Below, one piece after another: positions 6,456-15,624 of a stretch of 25,888 nucleotides of DNA (its first letter is position 1; every line of letters starts with the position of its first letter). The DNA is from a virus. Its lineage: Duplodnaviria > Caudoviricetes. Made by a program: the position numbers and the translations under genes. The DNA lies in the IMG/VR virus record IMGVR_UViG_3300033076_000693, positions 1-25,888 of that record. One strand, 5' to 3'. The notes beneath the pieces were generated by a model. That model was not told the DNA's origin. It ran no database searches and saw only the letters and a program-made list of their open reading frames with translations.

Positions 6456-8093
6456 CTAGAATGCGATGTCTTCCCCAGTTGGAAAAACAACAACCCGCGC
6501 TCCGCTCTCCCGCACCTGCAGATCGCGCGTATCGACGATTTCCGTAAACTTTCCATTCCTTTTAATTGCGATTTCACCGGGCACCTTCAGCGTTTGCGTT
6601 TTCGTGAGCGCCTCCGTCACCGTCGCGGGCGGAACCTTCTCGCCTGTGCGCTCCCACCACCACCGCGCCGCCTTCGTGCGCGCGTAGCCCTGATGCTCAA
6701 AACAGACCCACTCGCGATGCGTCGTGTAGCCAGTGTCGTAGGTCACGACCATGCTGTCCGGCTTGCCTTCCTTCTGGTGGCGACGATACGAAACGCTATC
6801 GACGGCAATCCACTCCGGTCGGTTGTCGCTCAGAACTTTATGCGCGCTCGCGATAGGCACGATCTTCAACTCGCGCGGCGGGAATACGTATCCACAATCC
6901 GGGCACTCCAGCACGCTCGCGTGAACCATGCTCGCGCACTCGGGGCATTCCTTGACGGGAGCCTCGCCGTCGCCCTTCCCCGGCTCCTTCGGGTTGACGG
7001 CATCGATGGGGCCGTGGCGCTCGATATTTTTTGCAAAATCTAAAATCAGACAATTCTCCTTGCCCGGCGACAGGCGCATGCCGCGCCCGCAGATCTGGAC
7101 GTAGAGGCCCGTCGATCCCGTGGGGCGTGCCATCGTGATGAGATCTACGGCAGGCGCGTTGAAGCCCGTCGTCAGCACGCCCATCGAACACAGGCATGTA
7201 ATGCGCCCCGCCTTGAACTCGCGGATGATGCGGTCGCGCTCGGTCTTCGGTGTGTCCCCTAGGATCACCTCGCACGAATAGCCGCGCTCGCGGAAGATCG
7301 CCGCAAGGTGATGCGCGTGGTCCTTCCCTGAGGCGAACACGAGCCACGATTTGCGGTTCTGCGCCGTCGCCCAGTGGATCGTCTCGTTGACGACGGCGGT
7401 GTTTACGTCGACCTTGTCGACCGCCTTCTGGAGCTGGTCGGGGATGTACTCGCCGCCGCGCTTGCCGACGCCCGTGACGTCGAGCGTCGTCTCGGTTGCC
7501 TTGGTGACCAGCGGCGACAGGTAGCCCTCCTTGACCGCGCGCAGGACGTCGTAATCGTAGGCAATACCGTCGAACATGCGATCATCGCCCCGGTCGAGCC
7601 GCCCGCTGTCGAGCCGGTAGGGCGTCGCCGTCAGGCCGATGACCTTGACGTAGGGGTTGGCGAGCTTCAGCACCTTGAAGAGCTGACCGTAGCGCGTGTC
7701 GCTGTCGCGCGGGATCATGTGGGCCTCATCGACCAGCACGAGATCGACCTTGCCGAATTTATGCGCGTGCTTGGCGACCGACTGCACGCCGCAGAAAATG
7801 ATCTGCTGGTGATAGTCGCGCCGACCGATCCCCGCGCTGTTGATCCCGGCGGGCGCATCCGGCCAGAGGCCAATCAGCTCGCCGTAGTTCTGGGCGATCA
7901 GCTCCTTGACGTGCGTCACGATCAGGATCTTGCTGTCCGGGTGATCGTCCAGCACGCGCCCGCAGAAGGCCGCGATCACGAGCGACTTGCCAGTGCCGGT
8001 CGGCAGCACGACGAGCGGATTGCCCTCCTCGTTTTCAAACCACGAGAAAATGCCATCGATGGCGTCGTGCTGATAATCACGCAGTGTCAGCAT
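6456..8093 (-). CDS. superfamily II DEAH helicase, RadD/YejH-like with Zn finger
   Basis: LRDYQ Q-motif, PTGTGKS Walker A, DEAH, GLTATP, QICGRGMR, CPEC...CPDC. Confidence 0.92.
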   Translation of the reverse strand: MLTLRDYQHDAIDGIFSWFENEEGNPLVVLPTGTGKSLVIAAFCGRVLDDHPDSKILIVTHVKELIAQNYGELIGLWPDAPAGINSAGIGRRDYHQQIIFCGVQSVAKHAHKFGKVDLVLVDEAHMIPRDSDTRYGQLFKVLKLANPYVKVIGLTATPYRLDSGRLDRGDDRMFDGIAYDYDVLRAVKEGYLSPLVTKATETTLDVTGVGKRGGEYIPDQLQKAVDKVDVNTAVVNETIHWATAQNRKSWLVFASGKDHAHHLAAIFRERGYSCEVILGDTPKTERDRIIREFKAGRITCLCSMGVLTTGFNAPAVDLITMARPTGSTGLYVQICGRGMRLSPGKENCLILDFAKNIERHGPIDAVNPKEPGKGDGEAPVKECPECASMVHASVLECPDCGYVFPPRELKIVPIASAHKVLSDNRPEWIAVDSVSYRRHQKEGKPDSMVVTYDTGYTTHREWVCFEHQGYARTKAARWWWERTGEKVPPATVTEALTKTQTLKVPGEIAIKRNGKFTEIVDTRDLQVRESGARVVVFPTGEDIAF

Positions 8094-9054
8094 TCGTGCC
8101 TCCGTCCACCCACGTCGAGCCATCCGGTCGCGTGTACTCGATCCAGTCGTCGCCCGCGTCGGTCTGCTCCCACGGCACGAGCGCCGGGATTAACAGGTGC
8201 GCCGGGCAACCTTGGCGCTGCTTGTCGAAGGCCAGAACCTCATCGAAGCGCGCACAGTGCCATGTGCCATCGTCCATCGGCGTGGCGTGGATGCAGGTGC
8301 GGCAGCCATTGTGAGCGGCGATCCTGTCGCGGTCGTGGCAGACGTCCTGATGATCGCACCAGTGGCACTGAAACCACGAGGGATCGTCCGAGATACGCGC
8401 GGGCGGCGTCGGCGACTGGATGACGCGCTTGGCCTTCGCGATGATGCGGATGGCGTCGGCCTCGTCGTATGCCGTGCGGCATGTCACGACGTCGCGCACG
8501 CCGGGCGTGCAGGCCGTCAGATAGTGACGGTCCACGCCCATGTAATGCATGTAGATCTGCGCCTGCGCGTAGTAAATCTCGTCCCACGCTTTAAGCGCAT
8601 TCTTCTCGCCATGCTCGTGCTTCAGCTTGGCGAGCGCATCGACCTTCTTCTGATCGACGACCTTGTTTTCCCAGACGTGCCACGTCTTGGGGGCTTGTAG
8701 CAGACCAAGGATCATGCCATCGAGGTGCCCGCGAAAGTGACCGCCGAAATCTTCAAAGCCGATCTGCTCGGAGCTGTCTTCCGGCGTCGTGTGCAGCGTA
8801 ATGGCTTTCACCATTTGCAGGCGGGACGCCATGATCGCCTCACCCGTATGGCCGTCGTGAATGCGACGGAGGCCCTTGGCGTCGATCTTGCGCGGGCTGG
8901 CGTGGCGGAAGTCCAGCCACGATTTGCGCTCGCAGGCGTGCCCGATGCCCGACGCGCCGAGATACTTGCGCGGTGGCTGGGCGGCTTCGTACGCGACCAT
9001 AGCCTCGTCGATGGCCTGCATCGTGGGGTCTTGCGTGTCGGGGATTTTAGCCAT
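8077..9054 (-). CDS. Cas4-like PD-(D/E)XK phage exonuclease
   Basis: YLGASGIGHACER, GHLDG...WENK, QAQIYM, CHWCDHQDVC plus CRTC...C; located in a recombination module. Confidence 0.8.
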   Translation of the reverse strand: MAKIPDTQDPTMQAIDEAMVAYEAAQPPRKYLGASGIGHACERKSWLDFRHASPRKIDAKGLRRIHDGHTGEAIMASRLQMVKAITLHTTPEDSSEQIGFEDFGGHFRGHLDGMILGLLQAPKTWHVWENKVVDQKKVDALAKLKHEHGEKNALKAWDEIYYAQAQIYMHYMGVDRHYLTACTPGVRDVVTCRTAYDEADAIRIIAKAKRVIQSPTPPARISDDPSWFQCHWCDHQDVCHDRDRIAAHNGCRTCIHATPMDDGTWHCARFDEVLAFDKQRQGCPAHLLIPALVPWEQTDAGDDWIEYTRPDGSTWVDGGTNADTA

Positions 9055-9065
9055 TGGCCCTCGTC

Positions 9066-9105
9066 AGAAAGAAACCCCCGGCGACTGCTAATCCAGCCGC
9101 CGGGG
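9066..9105 (-). terminator. Rho-independent terminator after the SSB gene
   Basis: Minus strand ccccggcggctg-gattag-cagtcgccgggg followed by gtttctttct. Confidence 0.7.
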
Positions 9106-9113
9106 TGCCGTGG

Positions 9114-9644
9114 TCACGCGCGCTTGGCGCGCTCCCACGGCTTGCCGCCCGTCGCCGCCGGGGTTGCAGGCTTCGCCGCAGCCGGTGCGGGACGCGCGGT
9201 AGGCGCAGGACGCCCCGCAGGCTTGGTGGCAGGCTTTGCCGCCGGTTCGCCTTCCGGCTTGTAGCTGAAGGCGTTCTGCACGCCGCCCCGCTGCTTGTCG
9301 GGCACGAGGCGCGCCTTCGCGACGAACGGGATCTGATGCAGCTCCTCGCTGTCGTCGACCCGCAACTTGCCGACGGCGTGGCAGATTGCCGACAGCGTGC
9401 GCTGCGCGATCTCGACGGCCTGCGCGTTGGCGTTGTCGAGGTTGAGGCGATCCCAGATCTTCCGGTTGGCGTACTCGCCGTCGAGGATCTGCATCTCCAG
9501 CCACAGGTAATTCCCGTTGCCATCCTTCGTCGCGCGCATTTCGCTCGCGACGATCTCGACACGGTAGTCGCCGACCGGCAGCGGCTCGAAATCGGCTGCC
9601 GGGGGCACTGCCTCCGCGTCGAACGTCTGTCCCAAACTTGCCAT
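9114..9644 (-). CDS. DUF669-family phage single-stranded DNA-binding protein
   Basis: FEPLPVGDYRVEIVASEMRATKDGNGNYLWLEMQILDGEYANRKIWDRLNL...; Pro/Ala-rich tail ending KPWER; in-frame upstream ATG at 9749. Confidence 0.8.
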   Translation of the reverse strand: MASLGQTFDAEAVPPAADFEPLPVGDYRVEIVASEMRATKDGNGNYLWLEMQILDGEYANRKIWDRLNLDNANAQAVEIAQRTLSAICHAVGKLRVDDSEELHQIPFVAKARLVPDKQRGGVQNAFSYKPEGEPAAKPATKPAGRPAPTARPAPAAAKPATPAATGGKPWERAKRA

Positions 9645-9745
9645 TACTCCATTCCTTTCATTCATCCAGATTTCGATTGCCTTCATTCGATCTTCGACAA
9701 TGTCAGGCACAAGCCTGAAGCGGTCAAAGATTTCGTCGTAGCCGC

Positions 9746-10582
9746 TCATGCGGCTGCCTTCTTGCCTCCCTTCTTCGGCTGCTCCGGCTGGGGCTGCTCC
9801 GCCTCGGCCTCTTCGGCGGGAGCGGCGTCCTGACCGCCCTGCGCTTTTTCAAGGCGTGCGGAGAACGTCGCCCAGTCGAGCGGGCAATCGGTGCCAATGC
9901 GCCAGCGGCTCTTCGCGGTGAAGCCGGGGCGCTCCTCCAGATAGATCGTGCGCTGGCCGGTGCCCTTGCCCTTCGCGATCTTCTTGTTGAAGCCCGCGTC
10001 GATTTCCTTGATTGCGACGCGGAAATTCACGAAGCCCACGATGTCGGCCCACTCGCACAACGTGCTGGCCGCGTTCTTGTGGAGGTCCGGGCCGTAGCGG
10101 TCGTAGCCGTCGACTGTCGGATCCTCAAACCGCTTGATGGCGGCGTGGCCGATCAGGATGACGCCCATGCCGCGCTCGTTCCGCAGGATGTCGAGGCCCT
10201 CCAGCAGCATCGACCAGCGGGACTGGGCGAAAACGTAGCCCTTGCCGTAGCCGATGTCCTCGATGGAGCTGACCTTCTGCTCCTGCGCGACATCCTTCCA
10301 GATGAGCTGCTCCAGCCAGTCCACGCTGTCGATGGCGACCGTCTTGAACGCATGCTCCTCCTCGTAGAGCGCGCCGACGGCCTCCATGACGTCGCCGAAG
10401 GAACGCGCCAGTGGGAAGGCATTGACGTCGAGCGCGTCGAGGCCGTCTTCGGTCTGGATGAACACGGGCGACGGTGCTGCCGCCGCAAACGTGGACTTGC
10501 CCACGCCGTGAATGCCGTAGGCAAGAATGCGTGGCGGTCGCTTGACCGACGTCTTGCGAAGCGACGCGAGATTGATTGCCAT
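9746..10582 (-). CDS. Sak4-like (AAA_24) ATPase / single-strand annealing recombinase
   Basis: YGIHGVGKST Walker A, IQTEDG, TVAIDSVDWLE, GYGKGY, ILIGHA, EWADIVGF, AKSRW. Confidence 0.82.
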   Translation of the reverse strand: MAINLASLRKTSVKRPPRILAYGIHGVGKSTFAAAAPSPVFIQTEDGLDALDVNAFPLARSFGDVMEAVGALYEEEHAFKTVAIDSVDWLEQLIWKDVAQEQKVSSIEDIGYGKGYVFAQSRWSMLLEGLDILRNERGMGVILIGHAAIKRFEDPTVDGYDRYGPDLHKNAASTLCEWADIVGFVNFRVAIKEIDAGFNKKIAKGKGTGQRTIYLEERPGFTAKSRWRIGTDCPLDWATFSARLEKAQGGQDAAPAEEAEAEQPQPEQPKKGGKKAAA

Positions 10583-10589
10583 GCTGGTT

Positions 10590-11009
10590 CTACTCCTCCG
10601 TCTTGACGATGACCACGCCGGTCTTCGCCGGTTTCGTCACGACGAACTTCGCGACGATCTTGTAGAGATCAGGCTGATTGTCCTGCAAATACTTGAGGCC
10701 CGCGACGTCCAGCTCGATCTTGGTCTTGGTCGGCTGAAGGTTGGCGGGAAGCTTCTTGCAGGCTTCGAGAAAATCTCCGAAGTCGGACGCCTTGCGATCC
10801 AGCTTCGCGGTGAGGGTGACCTTGTACGGACCTTCGCTGAAGGTCTGCGAACCTTCGACTTTATCGAAGGCGACGGCGGCAATAAATTCGTTTTCGAGTT
10901 CGATGCGCGCCTTGTTGGCGTCGGCTTCAATCTTCTTCGCGGCCATCAATTCGGCGGCGATAATTTCCGGCGTGCGATTACGCGCGGCCTTTGCAATCGA
11001 CTTACCCAT
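10590..11009 (-). CDS. conserved phage protein of the recombination module
   Basis: GGAG RBS; AAKKIEADANKARIELE...EGSQTF...YKVTLTAKLDR...TKPAK. Confidence 0.75.
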   Translation of the reverse strand: MGKSIAKAARNRTPEIIAAELMAAKKIEADANKARIELENEFIAAVAFDKVEGSQTFSEGPYKVTLTAKLDRKASDFGDFLEACKKLPANLQPTKTKIELDVAGLKYLQDNQPDLYKIVAKFVVTKPAKTGVVIVKTEE

Positions 11010-11059
11010 TTTCATTCTCCATTCAATGTGCCTGCGGCACTGCTTCTTCAACGCTGCGG

Positions 11060-11110
11060 AGATTGGCCCAAATCAAAACTGTTGTCAAGACGGCAAAATC
11101 GGATTAGCGT
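11060..11110. promoter_or_regulatory. back-to-back divergent sigma70-like promoters with overlapping -35 boxes
   Basis: Plus strand TTGTCA(11082)-N17-TAGCGT(11105); minus strand TTGACA(11088)-N17-CAATCT. Confidence 0.6.
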
Positions 11111-11118
11111 GCCCGACC

Positions 11119-11604
11119 ATGAAACTCGCATCATACCTCAACAAAACCGGCATCACACAGGCGCAGTTCGCGCGCCTGATCGGTGCCTCGCCGGGCGCGG
11201 TCAACCGGTGGCTCGCCGGAAACCGCAAGCCCTCCCTCGGCCAGCTTCAGGCCATTCGCCGCGTCACACGCGGCGACGTGATGCCGGAAGATTTCTACGA
11301 CACAAAGTGCGACGCACTCGACTGGCGTTGCCGCGTTCGTGCGTGGGCAATCCAGAACAATACCGAGCTGCGCGAGATCGCGCACAAGATCGATCTCAAT
11401 CCATGCACGTTCGCGCGCATGATGTCTGGTGCCGCGCGTCCGTCGATGCGCGCCGCGCGCAGCATCGTCGCCGCGACCGATCCCTCAATCCGTCTGGAGG
11501 CGTTCCTTGAACCGCGATCCAATAACAATCAGTCTCGCGCAAAAACCGCAGGGCAAAGGAAGGCCGCGCTTTACAAGAAACGGTCGCCCGTACACGCCCG
11601 ATAA
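11119..11604 (+). CDS. Cro/XRE-like regulator with two tandem HTH domains
   Basis: MKLASYLNKTGITQAQFARLIGASPGAVNRWLAGNRKP...TRGDVMPEDFY, then a second unit LREIAHKIDLNPCTFARMMSGAARPS...TDPSIRLEAFL. Confidence 0.8.
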   Translation: MKLASYLNKTGITQAQFARLIGASPGAVNRWLAGNRKPSLGQLQAIRRVTRGDVMPEDFYDTKCDALDWRCRVRAWAIQNNTELREIAHKIDLNPCTFARMMSGAARPSMRAARSIVAATDPSIRLEAFLEPRSNNNQSRAKTAGQRKAALYKKRSPVHAR

Positions 11605-11923
11605 AACCCGCAGCTACGAGCAGGCGATCCAGCACGCGGCGCGTCTGGAAATGCGTGGCCGCCTTCCAATGGAGGGTCCGCTCAAGCTTGCCTTGCGCGC
11701 GGTGTTCGAGCCGCCGCATTCGTGGTCGAAGAAGAAAACCGCCGCCGCGATGGTCGGCGATCTGCGCCCGATAGGTAAACCAGACGTCGATAATATTATC
11801 AAAGCGTGGGGGGATGCGTTGGAGGGCATCTGCTATCTCAACGACACGCAGATTGTCGTCGTCCATGCGCAAAAAGAATACGGCCCGCAGGATCTCGTTG
11901 TCGTGACGGTGTCGGCGCTGTGA
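11507..11923 (+). CDS. rusA: RusA-family Holliday junction resolvase
   Basis: PQGKGRPRF...YTPDKT, KPDVDNIIKAWGDALEGICYLNDTQIV; GGAGG + TTG start. Confidence 0.88.
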   Translation: MNRDPITISLAQKPQGKGRPRFTRNGRPYTPDKTRSYEQAIQHAARLEMRGRLPMEGPLKLALRAVFEPPHSWSKKKTAAAMVGDLRPIGKPDVDNIIKAWGDALEGICYLNDTQIVVVHAQKEYGPQDLVVVTVSAL

Positions 11924-14169
11924 CATCGCCCTTCGCTACCATCGGCCAGCGCCTGATCGATCTCGGTTACAGCGCAATCCCCATTGTGCCGGGCGAAAAA
12001 CGCCCCGGCGCATTCATGCGCGGAGAGTGGCGCGGGATGAAGGAGTGGGAACGCTACTGCGACCGCCTGCCGACCACGTTCGAGATCAACAATTGGGAGA
12101 AGTGGCCCGACGCGGGCGTGTGCGTGGCGCTGGGGCGCGCCTCCAATCTCGTCGCCATCGACTTCGATTACGGCCCTGACAAGCTGCGCGCCGAGCTGGA
12201 GGCCCTGCTGCCCCCGTCGCCTGTGAAGAAGAAGGGTGCCAAGGGCTACACGGCGTTCTATCGCGGCTCCGACATTGCCGCGCGCAAGTGGCGCGTCGGC
12301 GGCCAGTCGGTCATGGAGATCCTCGGGCATGGTCGGCAGACGGTCCTGCCGCCGACGATCCACCCCGACGGCATGCCGTATGCGTGGCTGACCGAAGACA
12401 CGCTGGAGAATACGTCTGCCCGTGAGCTGCCCGAGCTGCCGGAGGATCTGATCGAGCGCGTCGAGCGCGTCATCGCACCTTGGCAGACAGACGAGGACAA
12501 GGCCCCGCTCGTCAAGCGCAGCGTCGTGATCGGCGAGAACGACAGCTACTGGCGCGAGATCAACGACCGCGCGATGGCGGATTTCGGCGCGTGGGTGCCG
12601 GAGCTGTTCCCGATGGCGAGGGCGCGCCCCGACGGCTCGTACCGCGTGATCGCGCACTGGCGAAACTGCGAGCGGCCTAATGTCGCGATCCATCCCGACG
12701 GCATTACCGACTGGGGCGAAGGTCGAAGCTTCACGCCGCTCGACCTTGTCATGGCGGCGGCGTCGAGTGATCTGGAGACGGCAACAAACTGGCTGAAAGA
12801 GCGCGTCGGAATGCCCAACGTCGAGCCTATGCTTCTCCAACAGATGAAGGCGACGTCGCAGGCCAAGCCGCAGGAGGAACCGGAAATCGTGGCGGTACCT
12901 GCGCCTCGCGTCGATCCTGTGGCACCCGGCTTCTTTGAGCTTGGCGGTGTGATGCAGACGCTGTTCGATCACATCATTGCGTCGGCCCGCCGCCCGCAGC
13001 CGATCCTCGCCGTCGGCGCGTGCATTGCCGCCATCGGCGTGCTGGGTGGCCGCAAATACAAGACGACGACGGGGCTGCGCTCGAATGTGTACGTCGTCGG
13101 CATCGCCGACAGCGGCAGCGGCAAGAACATCGCGCGCGAGATCATCAATCGCGCGTTCTTCGACGCCGGGCTGTCGGAGTATCTTGGCGGCCACAAGATC
13201 GCTTCGGGTGCTGGTCTTCTGTCAGCCGTCGCGCGTCATCCGGCGATCCTGTTCCAGCAAGACGAGTTTGGGCAATTCATGTCGGCCATCGCCGACCGCA
13301 AGCGAAGCCCGCGCCATCTGACGGAAATCATCGATCACCTGACCGATCTCTACACCGCCGCGAACGGCGTCTTCCTCGGCACCGAGTACGGCAACCAGAA
13401 AGAAAATCCGCGCAAGGAAATCATCCAGCCGCATGTGTGCCTGCACGGCACGACGACGCCGGGGCAGTTCTGGTCCGCGCTGCAATCGGGTAACACTCTT
13501 GACGGTTCGCTCGCGCGCTACCTCATATTCCAGACCGAGGAGAGCTATCCCGATCCGCAGAAAATAAACGGCGAGATCGTTTTGTCCGAAGAGCTGCTCG
13601 ACGGGCTTCGTGCCGTCGCGTGGCCGCCCGGCGCGAATGGAAATCTGACGCAGTTCATGGCGACGGGCGATGTGCCGCCGCAGCAGCTCGTCACGGTGCC
13701 GATGGACGCCGACGCCGAGGCACGCCTCGACGAGTTGAGCGAGACGATCAACGAGCGGCAGCGGCTTCTCGCGGGCACGCAATACACCGCGATCCTCGCA
13801 CGCCAGTGGGAATACACCAGCCGCGTTGCGATGATCCGCGCGATCTCGCGCTCGCCCGGCGATCCGGTGATCACGCTCGCCGACGTCAAGTGGTCGGAGT
13901 TGGTCGTGCAGCGCAGCGTCGAGCTTCTGTGCGACGGCATCGAGCGCCACGTCGCCGACAACGCGGCGGAGGGTCAGGTCAAGCGGACGCTGGAAATCAT
14001 TCGCGCCGCCGGGCGCGAGGGCATCACGCGGTCGGCGCTGATCCGGGCCACGCACTTTCTCGGGCGCGACCGGGACGCGGTGATCAAGAGCTTGATCGAG
14101 GCCGAGAGCGTTTTTTCGGAAATCAGGCCCACCTCGACCAAGCCGACGACGATTTATCGCGCAAAATAG
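11920..14169 (+). CDS. bifunctional primase-polymerase domain fused to DUF3987-like ATPase/helicase
   Basis: GYSAIPIVPGEKRP, LVAIDFD, GRQTVLPPTIHPDGMPYAW (Prim-Pol); ADSGSGKN Walker A, QDEFG, GSLARYL; GTGA coupling to rusA. Confidence 0.85.
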   Translation: MTSPFATIGQRLIDLGYSAIPIVPGEKRPGAFMRGEWRGMKEWERYCDRLPTTFEINNWEKWPDAGVCVALGRASNLVAIDFDYGPDKLRAELEALLPPSPVKKKGAKGYTAFYRGSDIAARKWRVGGQSVMEILGHGRQTVLPPTIHPDGMPYAWLTEDTLENTSARELPELPEDLIERVERVIAPWQTDEDKAPLVKRSVVIGENDSYWREINDRAMADFGAWVPELFPMARARPDGSYRVIAHWRNCERPNVAIHPDGITDWGEGRSFTPLDLVMAAASSDLETATNWLKERVGMPNVEPMLLQQMKATSQAKPQEEPEIVAVPAPRVDPVAPGFFELGGVMQTLFDHIIASARRPQPILAVGACIAAIGVLGGRKYKTTTGLRSNVYVVGIADSGSGKNIAREIINRAFFDAGLSEYLGGHKIASGAGLLSAVARHPAILFQQDEFGQFMSAIADRKRSPRHLTEIIDHLTDLYTAANGVFLGTEYGNQKENPRKEIIQPHVCLHGTTTPGQFWSALQSGNTLDGSLARYLIFQTEESYPDPQKINGEIVLSEELLDGLRAVAWPPGANGNLTQFMATGDVPPQQLVTVPMDADAEARLDELSETINERQRLLAGTQYTAILARQWEYTSRVAMIRAISRSPGDPVITLADVKWSELVVQRSVELLCDGIERHVADNAAEGQVKRTLEIIRAAGREGITRSALIRATHFLGRDRDAVIKSLIEAESVFSEIRPTSTKPTTIYRAK

Positions 14170-14185
14170 GGCTTAAAATAGCCTA

Positions 14186-14262
14186 TTGACACCGATTGAC
14201 GTTTAAGCTTATTCTGTCTGGGTAGGGTCAATTCCGACCCGCCAACGGGAGTTACCCAAATG
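14186..14262 (+). promoter_or_regulatory. conserved promoter + hairpin leader, copy 2
   Basis: TTGACACCGATTGAC...TATTCT...AGGGTCaattccGACCCgcca...GGAG...ATG. Confidence 0.7.
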
Positions 14263-14448
14263 CGCGTTTCCCCAAACATGAACCTTCTGGAACTGGCTTT
14301 TGCAATGGGCGGCAACGTCACGCCCGACCACGCTCGCGCCATGCGCGACGAGCTGGTGCGCCTGCGCCCCGGCTGCGACACCGACAGCATCTGGGCTGGC
14401 GAGTGGGATGCCATGATCCATCGCGCAGCCATTTTCGCGGAGGCCTGA
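14260..14448 (+). CDS. hypothetical protein (62 aa)
   Basis: GGAG RBS; first gene after leader copy 2. Confidence 0.7.
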   Translation: MRVSPNMNLLELAFAMGGNVTPDHARAMRDELVRLRPGCDTDSIWAGEWDAMIHRAAIFAEA

Positions 14449-14451
14449 GCC

Positions 14452-14979
14452 ATGCTGAAAGTTCCCGCCAAAGATCCGAGCCGCACCAATTGGTGCGGCC
14501 CCACGGCCATCGCGATCCTGACCGGCAAGACCTACGCCGAGGCGCGCGATCTCGCCGCCATCGCCAAGGTCAAGGGCGGTCGCTCCGCCAAGCGTGTCGT
14601 CAAGGGCCTCGGCTCTTCCGCCATCGTTCGCGCCCTGAAGCGCGCCGACGTCAAGCTCATCGGCTCGTGGCAGAAGTTCATCGAGAAGCCGACGCTGATG
14701 CGCCTCGACGAGCGCCTCAAGCCGCGCCGGTTCTATCTCGTGATCACCGGCAACCACTACGTCACCGTCAACACGCACGACTGGACCGTCTGCTGCAACT
14801 GGTCGCGGGCATGGGTGGCGCTCCGCGATCACCCGTTCAACCGCACGCGCGTCACCGAGGTGATCGAGGTCACCCCCGCCCCGGAAGCGTTCGGGACCAG
14901 CGCGCCGGTCGCCGAGCCTGCCCAGCCCGCCAAGGTCGAGTACCTCGGCGTCCAGTTCATCGATGAAATCGCAGCCTGA
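14452..14979 (+). CDS. hypothetical protein, possible papain/C39-like Cys-His fold
   Basis: NWCGPTAIAILTG...FYLVITGNHYVTV; GGAGG RBS. Confidence 0.6.
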   Translation: MLKVPAKDPSRTNWCGPTAIAILTGKTYAEARDLAAIAKVKGGRSAKRVVKGLGSSAIVRALKRADVKLIGSWQKFIEKPTLMRLDERLKPRRFYLVITGNHYVTVNTHDWTVCCNWSRAWVALRDHPFNRTRVTEVIEVTPAPEAFGTSAPVAEPAQPAKVEYLGVQFIDEIAA

Positions 14980-14991
14980 AGGAGAATGAAA

Positions 14992-15279
14992 ATGAAGACC
15001 CACTACAAAGTCCATCTGGAAGGCAGCGGCGTCATCGCCTCGTGCGCCTTTGCCGCGCACGCCGTGATGATCCACGCGCAGTACATGCAGGCCACGATCA
15101 AGTGGGGCGGCCTGACGCTGCTCGGCAAGGGCGAGCATATCGGTATGCCGACCGCCGTGATGGAGGATCGCCGCCTGAAGAAGCTCGACGCGGCGCGCAT
15201 CAAGTGGGAGGCCGCGCAGGAACGCTACAAAGCCGAGATGGCCGCTCGCAACACCGAAGCCCTGATCGAGAGGAGTTGA
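14992..15279 (+). CDS. hypothetical protein
   Basis: AAGGAG RBS; strong GC3 codon bias. Confidence 0.7.
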   Translation: MKTHYKVHLEGSGVIASCAFAAHAVMIHAQYMQATIKWGGLTLLGKGEHIGMPTAVMEDRRLKKLDAARIKWEAAQERYKAEMAARNTEALIERS

Positions 15280-15281
15280 AA

Positions 15282-15494
15282 ATGACCCCCGCCGACGCCG
15301 TTTTGGAGATCGCCCGGATCTCCCGCGCAGACTACCGCCGCAGGGCCGATGGCAAGGCGCTGGGACGCGCTCTGGACGTGCTGGGCGTCAAGACCCCCGA
15401 CGAGCGCCTCCGGGTCGCCCACAGCCTCGATTTCGCCGATCCTGACGGCAATGCGTACCCCGTCCGGGGCGGCGACCCCATTCGGTTCTGGTAA
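15282..15494 (+). CDS. hypothetical protein (70 aa)
   Basis: AGGAG RBS; MTPADAVLEIARISRADY... Confidence 0.65.
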   Translation: MTPADAVLEIARISRADYRRRADGKALGRALDVLGVKTPDERLRVAHSLDFADPDGNAYPVRGGDPIRFW

Positions 15495-15504
15495 AAGGTT
15501 AACG

Positions 15505-15539
15505 CCGGAGGCGGCTGGACCCCGCCTCCGGATTTTCTT
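15505..15539 (+). terminator. Rho-independent terminator
   Basis: ccggaggcgg-ctggacc-ccgcctccgg followed by attttctt. Confidence 0.7.
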
Positions 15540-15550
15540 CAAAAGAGCTA

Positions 15551-15624
15551 TTGACGCCAATTGCTGTTGGTGTATTCTCCTTTTCGAGGGTCGCTTTTGA
15601 CCCCGCCAGATGGAGCTACCGATG
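15551..15624 (+). promoter_or_regulatory. conserved promoter + hairpin leader, copy 3
   Basis: TTGACGCCAATTG...TATTCT...AGGGTCgcttttGACCCcgcca...GGAG...ATG. Confidence 0.7.

Noticed and set aside
8077-9054. Cas4 as evidence of CRISPR-Cas
   Set aside because: It is a stand-alone Cas4-like exonuclease in the usual phage Sak4-SSB-helicase context.
7374-14055. Long opposite-strand ORFs (e.g. 7374..8423, 10527..11510, 11833..13194, 13222..14055)
   Set aside because: Antisense shadows of well-supported genes in high-GC DNA, with no motifs or RBS.
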